Origin: Mantamonas sphyraenae STR306
Taxonomy: Eukaryota > Protista > CRuMs
Reading direction: 5' to 3'
Assembly (NCBI GenBank): GCA_026936335.1
Contig: JAPMXV010000002.1
Span: 124,001-188,000, forward strand
DNA: 64,000 nucleotides
The position numbers were made by a program, and so were the translations under genes. The notes beneath the pieces were generated by a model. It was not told where the DNA came from, did no database searches, and saw only the letters and a list, made by a program, of their open reading frames with translations. The first letter of the stretch is position 1, and every line of letters starts with the position of its first letter. Shown here piece by piece: positions 33,354 through 45,000 of this stretch.

Positions 33354-36300
33354 TTATCGAGAGGCAGCTGATTCGAGGCCACCAAAGAGAGACTTTGGCA
33401 CGTGTGTTTCCAACGCCATGCCGGAACCGTCCTGGGCTGAGCCAGTGGCATCGTTATCGTCGTCGTCGTCGTCGTCGTCGTCATCGTCATCTCCTTCCCC
33501 GTCGTCATCACCACTGTCCTCGTCCTCGTCATCATCATCATCATCATCATCGTCATCAATGTCGATTGCGTCTGGGTTGATCTGTGCGACTGCCTGTTGC
33601 TTGTCTGCTTGTCCCTTGGCCTTGGCCTTTCCCTTGGCAAAGTCCTGCTCGGCAGCAGCCTCCTTGGCAGCGAGTTCCTCCTCGGCCTTGGCCTGTTCCA
33701 AGGCCTCCATTTTGGACTGTTCGGTGGAGGGCACAAACGGCTGGATGTCGTCCTCCTCATCCTCGTCTGCGCCGATGCTTGCTTCGAGGTTGAACTTGGC
33801 CAGCACCGAACGCTGGATGCGCAGAAACTCCTTGTAGGTGTCTTCGTTGCCGTAACGAAACTCAAACGCTTCCCAAATCTTCCAGTACTTGGGCATCTTG
33901 CGCGGATTGCAGTACTGGGAGCCGTGTGTGAGGATGTAGCGCGCGCGGTCAATCTCGCCCAGTCGGATCTCCAGACGAGCGTACTCGACACACAGATCGC
34001 CCAGGAACTTGTCGGGCACCTTTTCAATGGCCTCCTGGTAAATGTCGCGTGTGGCGGTGGCGCCGAAATACTCTGCGGTTTTGCGGATGTACAAGCGATA
34101 CATGTCGGCCATGTCGAGGATGGGCACGGCGGCGGTGGCCCTGTGCAGGACGCGCAGAGAATTGCGTGCCACGCTGTACTGCTCCTCCAGGTAGGCATAC
34201 ATGAGGTAGAGGGGTTTGGCCTGATCGGCGGGAGCTGCGGCAATGGCTTGCTCAAACATGTCGCGCGCACGCTCGAGCTTGTCGCCCTCGTAGCGACGCA
34301 CAAACTTGGTGAGGTAGGTGAGCCAGATGTCCTTGACGTGCGGGTACTTGAACAAGGCCACGCCCTTTTCGTAGATTTGGAAGCTCTCCTCAAAGTATGC
34401 GTTCTCCTCCATCATGGCGGCGTAGTTGAGGATGATGCGTGGTGTGGCCACCTTGAGTTCGATGATGCGTTCGTAGACGGCCTTGGCCGAGGCCAGGGTG
34501 CCCAGGTTCTCCTCCAGGTCGGCGTACAGGGACCACAGGCGTGTGCTCATGTGCAGGCGGTCATGCACAGAGAGAGACTCGTCCCAGTACTCTGTGCGAC
34601 GCAGAGCACGTGCGGTGGGCTTTGTGGCGCGCTGACACAAAGCCAGGGCTTGGCGGTAGTGTGCGTTGCGCAGGTGCATCTCGATAAACTCGCACCAGAC
34701 GTCGGTGAGCTCGTCCACAGATTTGTGCGGCGCCTTGACGGCGTCCTCCATGACGGCCACGGCTGCGTCGTAGTCGCCTTGCCTTTCGTGGAACTTGGCC
34801 CATTCGATCCAAAGGGTGGCAAAACGGCCTGTGGCCTTGCGCGGGTTGACCTTGACCACAGCCTGGCGGTACGTTTCAGCGACGGCGCGTGCGTTGTGTG
34901 CAAACAGACGAGCACGCATGAGCCACTCGTGGACATTGTGTGGATTCTGACGCAGGAGGACAGAGTTGACCAGGAGGGGACGGCGGTCGGCGAGATCGGA
35001 GATGCGACTGAAACGCATCTCCAGGTCGATGTCCAGCGTGTCGACGTCGCCATCGCCAGCTGCCGCAGCGTCCTCCTTCATCTGCAGTTGTGCAGTGAGC
35101 ACCGACTCTTCAAAGGTGGAGTACGCGTCAAAGACCTGTGAAAAGTCGCGCACGGTGTGCACGGAGAGCATGGCCTCTTCAAACACGTCCCTGGCCTGCT
35201 CAAACTGGCTTCCACGAATAAAATAGTCGGCCAGTGCACACCAAAGCGTGCCTGCCTCGTCGCTGTACCGTTCCAACCCCGATCGGATGACTGCCTCGCT
35301 GTCCACCGAGCTGATCTTGCCCGGATTCCGAGCCAGCAGCTCGCACAGTTCCACCCACAGGTCATGCTTCGTGCGACTGTACATGGAAGCAAACTGGAGG
35401 GAACGCACGTGCACAGTATGTGTGTGTGTGTGTGTGTGTCAGTGTCAGCGTCGGTGGCAACAGCGAGGCACACATGTCAGTCCAGCCTACCTTTTCGTCG
35501 TTGGCAGCCTGCAGCAGCATCGTGGCAGCCTCGTCGAGGCGGTCCGCTGTGCGTGCAAAGGCGATGAAATCCTCGATTTTGTGTGGGTAGATCTGATGGG
35601 TGGGGGGGTGGAGACGGGGCAGTGCCGGGTGAGGTGTGAGCGGAAGATGGGCCGGGCCGTCGCATGTTTGTGGGTTTTTTGGCGCGTAGTGTGTATGCGT
35701 GGGAAAGAGGGGCAAGGGGGACGGGCAACACACCTGGATGTAGCGTCGAAAGACGCGGATGGCTGTCTCTGTGGGCACGTGTGGCTGGGAGACAAAGGGA
35801 ATGTACAAGGCCCAGATGCGGTGGTGCTGGGTGATGGGCAGGGCAGTGAGGGCACGATCAAAGGTGTGTCGCGTACGCGTGATCCAGTGGCGATGGATGA
35901 GAAGGAGACGAAGGTAGAGCTCCCACACCTTTGGCATCTTGTTGAGAAAGAGTAGGGCATGCTCAAACAGGTCCAGGGTGCGCTTGTAGCTGGGATGACT
36001 CAGCGGCAGGCGAGGCTGCCCATGAGGCAACTCGGCAAGCGAAGCGTCGCCAGAGGACGCAGACGCAGAGGCGGAGGACGAAGAGGACGAGGAGGACGAG
36101 TCCCCCACGAGGTCAAAGCCCAGCTGGTGATAGAGACGCTCGCTCAGGTAGGCATACCAAAGCTTGTAGGAGCCGGGCAGGACCTTGAGGGCGCGCTCGA
36201 AAACAACGAAGCGCTTGGAGACGGACGCAGTCTTGAGGAAGGTGATGTAAGCCCACCAGGGGCGCACTGCGTATGGGTTCTTGGCAACGTCTTCCTCAAA

Positions 36301-36472
36301 CTGCAGCGAGTCCTGTGGACGAGAAAGACACAGCAAAGCGGAAGGAGCAGGGAGAATGCAACAAGGCGGGGGTGAGCGATGAGCATCGGCGCTCAGGAAC
36401 CAGGAACGAGGGGGAAGGGGAGGGGGAGGGGCGGGAGGGGCGGGAGGACGGGATGGGCGAGTGTTGAGGGCG

Positions 36473-36508
<36 letters not shown>

Positions 36509-36518
36509 TGCGTACCAT
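33354..36518 (-). CDS. SYF1: Pre-mRNA splicing factor SYF1/XAB2, ~907 aa; exons 36518-36516, 36312-35734, 35592-35491, 35393-33354
   Basis: FEEDVAKNP, ERALKVLPGSYKLW, RHTFDRALTALPITQHHRIW, LLVNSVLLRQNPHNVHEW, LWSLYADLEE, KLERARDMFEQA, LGEIDRAR, YGNEDTYKEFLRIQRSV. Three canonical introns. Confidence 0.95.
36475..36506. repeat. (GT)16 microsatellite in SYF1 intron 1
   Basis: Read directly. Confidence 0.95.
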
Positions 36519-36567
36519 TGTGGGATGATGGGTTGGCGGCGCCCTCGCAACCAACCTCACGACGACG
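36519..36567. promoter_or_regulatory. 49-nt divergent (bidirectional) promoter/UTR region between SYF1 and the LARP4-like gene
   Basis: Head-to-head ATGs at 36518 (-) and 36568 (+). Promoter function is inferred from geometry only. Confidence 0.55.
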
Positions 36568-38515
36568 ATGTCCACGACGAGCATTGCGGATCGGCTGAAC
36601 GCGATCATGGTGCGGTTCAACCTGCTGGACAACTACGATTTGCTGGAGGCCATGGATGAGGAATACTGGGTGAGCGTGGAGACGCTGGTGAAGCTGGACA
36701 GCAGCCTGGCAGAGTTGAGCCAAGGCGAGGGCGCTCGCGTGGCAGAGGCGCTGGGCAGCGAGGGCACGCCGTTGGTGGAGGTCAAACGCGAAACCAACAC
36801 AAAGGAGGGATCGGAGGAGGAGACGGAGGAGGAGAAACAACAAAGCGTGCTGGTGCGTCCGCGAGACGTGTGCAGGAACACGCTGATTCTGCGAGACATT
36901 GCCCACTCTGCCTCCGAGGAGGCTGTCCGTGCGCTGTTTACGCCCAACGAAGCCGGTGAGGCGTGTCCGGGCACTCCGCTGTTTCTGCGCGGCGACATTG
37001 GCGACAATTGGTTTGTAACGTAAGTGCAACAGGGCGTGTGGGCGGCGTGTGCAGTCCGGCCAAAATGAGGGCTGCGCGAACGCACAGCTGGCAATTCCAC
37101 CGCGGGGCCGTCACGTGCGCCACACACTCGCATGCGAGTGTGTAGGGCGTCCATGTGCATCCCCGCGTACGGGGGAGGTGTGAGAGCCCGGTGTGCATGT
37201 GCGAGCAAAGGCATGGCGAGGTGCGGGTCGCCGGAAGTGTGCGTGCATGCATGGGCCAAGGGTGGCCCGGTGACCTGTTTCCTGTGTACGGACGTGAGGG
37301 CACACAGCGACCCATGTGGCAGGTTGGGTGGCACCCCAGGGGCGTGGGGGCATGGTTTGTGGAGACCTTTGACTGACCCGTGTGTGCTTGCACTGGCCAT
37401 CGGCGGCAAACTCGCATGTCTGTGATCTCTTGGGCTGGGATCGGGAAATCCGGCCCGGGTTGCGTAGCTTGGAGTCTGCGGACGCAGCCACGGACACGCT
37501 GTTCTTCCTTCGACAGCACAAGACATTTGAAGGCGAGTCGGTGGCATGTGCAGTGCGGTCGGAAAAGTCGCTGCATCGCTCGCTGGCAGACGTGCTGCAC
37601 CAGTTGAGTGTGCAACAGCGCAACGCCGAGGTGGCTGCAGCCAGCCACAATGGCACCAACGCAAACGCACCTGCTTTCAATCCGTATGCACACGGCATGC
37701 AAGGAGGCCAGTACGTGGCCATGGGTGCCGGCATGGGTGCAGGAGGAGCATGGAATGGCAAGCGCGGCCAAGGATTCCGTGCTGCCGGAGGCAAGCAGAA
37801 CGCAGGCGGACGCAGGAATAACAAGCAAAATGGCAATCAGAGCTACAACGGTGCCGAGGAGGGGACAACGGGCGGCAGCAAGCGCAGGAGGAAAAAGAAG
37901 AACCGAGGGCGCAACAACAACGGCGGCGGCGGTGGCGGCGGCGGTGGTGGCGGTGACGGAGGAGGCGCAAACAACGGCAACAACGGCTTCTTTGGATCCA
38001 GCAGCGCACAAACACAGCCTGCCAAGACGGTGGTACTGTCCGAGTCGGACTTTCCCAACCTGGACGGCGAGGAGGTGGACGGCACGAGCAACAGCAACAG
38101 CAACAGCGCAAGCGCAAACACGGGAGCGTGGGGCTCGGGTGCAGGCATGAAGCGTGTACTGCAAGGAGGAGGAGGAGGAAGCAACGGCACAGGTGCGGGC
38201 GGCAAGAAGCAACAGCAGACAAAGAGCAATGGCAAACAACAGCAGCAGCAGCAGAAGCTGCAGCAAAGCACTGGCACCACAATGGACGGCAGCAGCAACA
38301 GTGGAAGCGCAAGCGCAAGCGAGAGCAAGTCTTCTCCAGGCGGCACACAGCAGTCCACTGCAAACAGCAATAGCAACAGCAACAGCAGCAGCAGCAGCAG
38401 CAACAGCAACGAAGGAAGCGTAAGCCAGACCGCTCAGGAGGAGCAGACATCATCAGCAGGCGCCCAAGAAGGAGACAACAAGCCGTTTGTGTGGCGTGAC
38501 CTGCTCAGCAAGTGA
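36568..38515 (+). CDS. La-related RNA-binding protein, LARP4-like (La motif + RRM, low-complexity tail), join(36568..37019,37468..38515), 499 aa
   Basis: NLLDNYDLLEAMDEEYWVSV (La motif); RNTLILRDI...VRALF...DNWFVT|LESADAA...KTFEGESV (LARP4-type RRM). PAM2-like NANAPAFNP and LSESDFPNL motifs. GTAAGT..TAG intron. Confidence 0.78.
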
Positions 38516-39002
38516 AAAACAGGAGGTTGGTGAGTGGAGGAGAGGGGTGAGGATGAAATGGAGGCCCCAACGCGGCGGATTTTTGTGATGACCATGTGTT
38601 CATTCTTTGCACATCCTGTCTGCTGCACTCGCTGCAACTCCATGTGCACACTCTCGCAGGCACTGTTGTGTGGGGTGGCGGTGGCGACACTCGTCTGCAC
38701 AGCGACGCGGTACACACACACGACCGCATCCGTGCACCACCGAGTTTCCTTCGGTGGCCCAGTTGTTGTGTAGTTTTGGGAATGGTTGTTGTTGACGATG
38801 TTTGTAGTTTGTGTCGAAAGTGATGGTGTCCAAGGGGTTGCCGGGACAGAAGCCCAGCTGCAGAAAGTCTGTCGTTGCCAGACACACACAGGCACAAACG
38901 GCGAGAGGCGTGAATCAGGAAGCGCCAACGCGAGCCAGCGGCAAAGAGGCTGCGCAAAAGGGGCCCACATGGCCAGTGGGTGGGTGGGTCCGCACACCGA
39001 CC

Positions 39003-42000
39003 TTACTCGGTGATCTGCTCGGCGGCACAGACGTAGCGCACGCCACGGAGGGTGACGATCTGACCCGGGTAGCACATGCGGCGCACCGACTTGGGGCACG
39101 TACGCATGGCAACGCGCGCAGAGACGAGGAACTTGCTCTTGAGCGTCTTCTCCACGGCGGCGGTCTTTTGGTCCTGGGCAAGCTGCATCTGCATCTTGAG
39201 CTCGTTGGCAAACTCGGACCACTTCTTGGGCAGCACCGACTTGAAGGTCGAGTCGAAGCGGCTCATGTAGCGCTCGATGCGGTCGATGCCCTGGTAGGCA
39301 AGGAAGCGCAGCTTGTGGGCGCGAATGACCACGTCGGCGGTCAGCTTCTCGCGCACGAGCTTGACGTACTCCTCGACGTTGTTCTCCAGCTGCATGAGCT
39401 GCTTGAGGATCTCGTCCTTGACGTACGACGGGTACGTGGGGTTGGCACGGTCCAGGCCGTCGTTGGCCTTCATGCGTGCCTCGCGCAGGGTGCGGCCCAC
39501 GTAGATCTGGAAGCGCTTGCCAAAGGCCTTGGTGCCGGCCTTGGTCATCTTGGCCATGTCGGCCTTGAGCTCGTCGTAGTCGTACACAATGTCCTTGATG
39601 GCCTGTGTGGTGCGCTGAGCCTTGGTGGCCTTGCGCAGGATGACGTCGAGCTTGAAGAGCTCCGTGGCCGCGGTCTTGAACTGTTCGCGCAGCTTCATCT
39701 CCTTGACGCTGACGACGTTCTTGACCTTGGGGCGCACGACCTTGGTGCCCTTGGGCAGGTGCTTGTTGAAGTAGGTGATCTCCTTCTCGATGGCAGCCTT
39801 CTCGGCGCCACGCTTGGCCTTCTCCTTGAGGGCGTTGGTGGAGCGCCACTGGCGCCACTTCTGCTTCCAGCCCTCGGTGATCTTGCCGCTGGTCTCGCTG
39901 AACGCCTTGGTGAAGCGGCCGAGGTGCACGGTCTTGCCCTGGTGCACAATCTTGCCAAACGACTCGACGGCCTTGTCCAGGGTGATCTTCTTGGCCTTGA
40001 AGGCGGCGCGCAGGGCCATTGCGTCCTTGAGCTTGTTGGTAAACTCGACGCCCCAGCTGTCCTTGAGCTTCTTCAGGGTGGCGCCGGCCACCTTGCCCGA
40101 GATCTTGCCCGTGACAAAGTCCTTCTTGACCTTGGCGAGCTGAGCGCGGCTCTTCTTCCACTGCTCGGCGGTCTCGCTGTTGCGGTGGAAGCGGAAGAAG
40201 CCCCAGCCCTTGCCGTTGTACTTCTTGACCTGCTCGGCGTACTCGAGGGGCGAGTCGTCGCCGCCGTTGCCGCCGAGGTCACGCTTGAGCTCGGCCAGCT
40301 TGAAGCGGTACGAGTTGAACATGGGCACGGCCTTGGGGTCGACGTGCGGCGAAGCGACGGCTGCGTCGAGGGCCTTCTTGATGTCGCCGAGGATCTTGGG
40401 CGACGGGTTGTAGCCCTGGTTGAGGACGCGACGCAGGTAGGCGTAGCGCTTGACCTCGTGCTTGTGGGCGTTCCTGAACACCACATACTTGGCCCAGAGG
40501 GCGGACCAGTGTGCGTTGACGGTGGCCTTGCCGCGGATGGTCATCTCGAGGCCGTGGAGACGGCGCGAAGTGTATCGCTTGGGGAACTTGCCGAGGACCT
40601 TGGCGCGGTGCTGGCGGAACTCCTTAAAGTTCTTGAACTGCCACTTGTACTTCTTCTCGCGGAAGCGCTTGTCCTTCTTGGCGACCTGATCGCGCATGGC
40701 AGTCCACAGCTTGTGGGCCTTCTCCATGTCGAGGTCGATGGCGCTCTCGGCACCCGTGGGGTTGAGCTTGAGTTGGTGCAGGTCCTTGGGCTTGGCGCAG
40801 GCGCAAGTGGGGCAGCCCGTGTTCTTGTCGTACGCATAACCGTACACGCAGTTGAGCTTGCAGGTAAACTTGGGGCAAGGCTTGAGCTGAGCGCCGGGCT
40901 TGCCGTACCACTTGGGCACGCCAAAGTTGCGCTGGTGGCCGTGGGTGGCGTTGACGAAACGTGTGCGCCACTTTCCGCGGAACCAGGTGCCCGGGAAGAA
41001 CGGGTAGAGGATCTCCTTGTTGTCTTCGAGGCCACGAGGGGCGTGGTTGGCCCACTTCTCAAACATGGGACCGTAGGCGGCGACCATCTTGCCAGCAAAG
41101 TTGGCGTCCGTCTGCATCTTCTTGTAGTTCTTGCGCAGGGTGGCGGCAGTGAAGGCGCGCTTGACACGCTGGGCCTTGCGCCAGGCGCGGTGGTCCGGGT
41201 TCTTGTAGCGCCAGGTGGCGTCGTGGTACATGAAGCGCCAGTAGCGGATAAAGGCCAGGCGCTGACGGCGCCAGCGCAGGGTGCGGCGACGGTAACGCAT
41301 GGCAGCCTTGCGTGCGGCGGCAGCGGCACGGGCCTTGGCACGGTAGGTGTTGAAGGCAGTGAAGATCTTGTGGAGCGAGACCTTGCAGGCGCGCAGGCGG
41401 TCCTGGATGGCGTTGGCCTGCTTGCGCTTGGCAGTGAGGGTCTTGGAGCCGGCCTCGGTGCCCTCGAGGGCCATGACGGCGCCGCGAGCCTTGTTGTACT
41501 GGTTGTTCAGCAGGCTGCACTTGGAGCGGCTGCGCCTGAGGACGGCGAGGCGCTTGGCGACGGCGTTCTTGAGCGCACGAAGCTGCTGCTTGTAGAGAAG
41601 CTTGGCGTTCTTGATGGCGTTGCGGTCCTGGCGGCGACGGATGCGCTGGCGCAGGGCGCGAGCCTTCTGCTTCTTGCGCAGAGCGGCCTTCTTCTTCTTG
41701 AGGGCGGCGAGGCGAGCGCGGCGCTTGGCACGGCGGGCGATGCCCTTGGCACGCTTCATGTCGTCGCGCTTGAGCTGCTTGGCGGCAGCGGCGCAACCGT
41801 GCTTCTGCGTGCCGCGCTTGCACTTGGCAAGGAAGCGACGCAGGCGGTTGTCATAGGAGCGGCGGTGACGACGCACGATGGCGACGTACTTGCGCGACTT
41901 GCGCTGCAGGGCCTTGACGCGCATGTTGATGCGTGCGTAGCGAGTGTTGTACACGCTGGCGCGGGTCTTGACGATCGACAGCTTGGCGTTGAACTTCTTG

Positions 42001-45000
42001 ATGAGGCTGGCCTTGACGTTCATCTTGGGCAGAGAGCGCTGGACAGCGTTGGCAAGGCGCAGGTGGCGGTTGGCGATGCGCTGCTTGCGCTGAACGGCGC
42101 GCAGAGAGCGCACGAGAACACGCAGGCGGCGGCGCACATGGCGCTGCTTGCGCACGTACTCGCCGTTGATGCGCGAGCGGATGCCACGGCCCTCGAGGAC
42201 GAGGCTGTAGCGAGCCTTGCCCGAGAGCTTGGCGTTGGCCAGGGCCTTTGCGATGACGGTCAGGCGGCGGATGCGCAGCTTGGCGAGGAGGCTTTCCTGC
42301 TTGCGAGCGGTGCGCTTGAGGGAAGCACGCTTGACGCGGTTTGCGCGCAGGCGCTTCTTGAGCACGGGCTGGAAGGTGCAGGCCTCGTCACCCTTCTTGG
42401 AGTCGGAGTCCTTGATGCCGAGAGCCTTCTTGGTCTTGGCCAGGAGCTTCTTCTCGCGTGCGAGCTGCTGCTTGAGGCTGAGCTTGCGCTTCTTGTAGCC
42501 GCAGTGCTTGCGCAGACGCTTGTAGGCGTAGGCGGTACGTGCGACCTGGATGCGGTTGACGCTCTGGGCCTTGCGCGTGCGCAGGAGAGCCAGGACAAGA
42601 GTGCGCTCACCGCGCGAAAAGGTGACCTTGTTGGCGGCGACGAGGGCAAGCTTCTTGGTGAGGCGTGCCTCGACAGACTCGCGGAAAGCCTGGCCGGCAA
42701 GGACCCAGCGGCGGTGGGCGCGTGCAGCAGAGCGCTTGCAGGCTGCGCTGAGGCGCAGGGTGCTGTTGAGCTTGATGACGGTGCGGTTCTTTGCGTCCTT
42801 CTGGTGCTTGGTGGGCAGCTTCTTGCTCAGCCAGACGATGTGCTGCAGGCGCTTGGCGATGGAGGCGCAGCGACGGCGCATCTTGCGCTTGGCGTTGCGT
42901 GCGTTGCGCAGGACAGTGCGAGCGTGCTTGATGACACCACGCAGGCGCTTGACGCTGAGCTTGGCCATCTTGTTGATGCGTGCTGCGCGACGGGCCATAA
43001 AGGCGGCGCTGCGGGCCTTGGCGGCACGAGCACGAGCGCGCTTGACATCAAAGGCAGCCTTGCGTGCGGCCTGGCGACGAGCGCGCTCCTTGCGGATCTG
43101 GGCCTGGGCCTTGCGGTATGCAGAGGCGCGGTTCTTGGCGAGCAGATAGAGGCGAGCGACGGCGTCGGCGTTGCGTGCGATGGCGCGCAGGCGGCGAGCA
43201 GCCTTGACCTGGCGCCAGTAGGCGGCGGTGGCCTTCTTGAGCTGGGCCTGGGCCTTGCGCAGCTGGGCGCGCGCAACGTGCACATCCTTGGCCTTCTTCT
43301 CGGCGTTGGCGGCGGCGGCAGAGGCAGAGGCGTCGGCAGAAGCCTTGGCCTTGCCCGAGGCCTCGGCGGCCATGGTGCGTGCATCCTTGGCAGCCTCGGC
43401 GGCGTCCTTGGCGGCCTGCTGGGCGAGGTGCAGCTCGCGCTTGGCCTTGCTGACCAGGGTGAACTGAGCGGTGCGCTTGGCAAGCAGCGCCTTGGCCTTC
43501 TTCTGGGCCTTGACGGCGTTGGCGCGCTTCTTGGCGGCGATGGCGCGGTACTTCTTGAGGTCCTCCTTGCGCTTGGCCTCCTTGGCCTCGGCAATGAGCT
43601 TGTTCAAGATGCGGCGGTCCACATTGCAACTGTCCGGCCACTTGAGGCAGATCGGGTCGATCTTGCCGTTCTGGAGGTACGCACCCTTGGAGTACTTGGG
43701 GCGGCGGCGGATCTTGCGACCCTTGCGACCCTTGCGACCCTTGCGACCCTTGCGACCCTTGCGACCCTTGCGACCCTTGCGACCCTTGCGACCCTTGCGA
43801 CCCTTGCGACCCTTGCGACCCTTGCGACCCTTGCGACCCTTGCGACCCTTGCGGCGACGCACACGGCGAACAGCCTTGCGGACACGACGGCGCACACGGC
43901 GAACAGCCTTGCGCACACGGCGCACGGGGTTCTTGCGCACACGGCGCACGGGGTTCTTCTTGCTGCGGATGTACGAGTTGTAACGCGTGCGGACGCAGCG
44001 GAAGAACAGGTACGGGTTCTTCTTGTAGCGGCGCTGGCAGTAGCTGCGAGTGCTGTTGCGCACGCGCGAGTTGCGGATGCGGCGCAGGAGCTGGTTGGCG
44101 CTGCGAGTGTACTTGCGGTTCTTGGCCTGGGACTTGCGCACGTCCTTGAGGTAGTAGACACGCATGCAGGCGGTGTACGAACGCACGCGCTTGCGGTAGT
44201 GCTTGTTGCAGGCGCGAGCGGCCTGGCGCTTGATGGCGGCGTGGCGGATGCGCTTGTAGTAGGCGCGGCCCTGGTTGCGGATACGCTGGATGACCTTGCG
44301 GTCGTTGGCGCGGAACGCAGCCAGCTGGCGCGAGGCGCAGCTGCGGTAGCTGACGGCACGCTTGACCGTCTTGGCACCACGCAGGATGCGGCCGCACACG
44401 CGGTGAGCGGTGTTGCGGCGCGACCCGTTGCGGATGCGGTTGATCATGCGGCGAGCCTGCTGCACAATCTTGCGGTAACCGTGCTGAGTGTCCAGCCAGC
44501 GGCGGTAGCTGTTGTACTGCGCGTTGTAGCACAGGTACAGGTTGCGCGGGCTGTTGCGAGCGTAGCGGCAGCGCTTGACGGCCGCGTTGCGGCGAGCGCG
44601 GTTGCGGATGCCGGCGAGGCGTGCGGCGGCCAGGCGACGGTAGCGACGGTTTTGGTTAGCCTTGTTCGTGGCCACTGCCTTGCGCCAGATGTTGTAGCGT
44701 TGACGCACGCAGTTGAAATACTTGACGTGCTGCTTGATCTGACGGCGGCAGACGCGACGTGCGGCGTTGGCCGTGCCACGCGGCATGCGGCGCAGCAAAA
44801 GTGCGGCCTGGCGCATCGACTGCTTCTTCTGAGCGTTGAAGAACGCACGCCACTGGTTGGTGGCGCAGCGGTAGTACTGCTGGGGCACGCGCAGCTGGCG
44901 GCGGCAGGCGCCGATGGCACGCTGGCGAGTGGCGTTGGGGCGGATGCCGTTGAACATGCGACGGGCACGGTTCAGCCACAAGCGGTTCTTGTTGGCGGCC

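Noticed and set aside
38600-38887. Cys-containing 95-aa minus ORF as an extra exon of the giant protein
   Set aside because: Neither candidate donor joins it in frame without passing the TAA stop, and it lacks the gene's codon bias.
43713-43853. Possible CRISPR or telomere-like array
   Set aside because: Spacer-less 9-bp tandem repeat in frame within a CDS.
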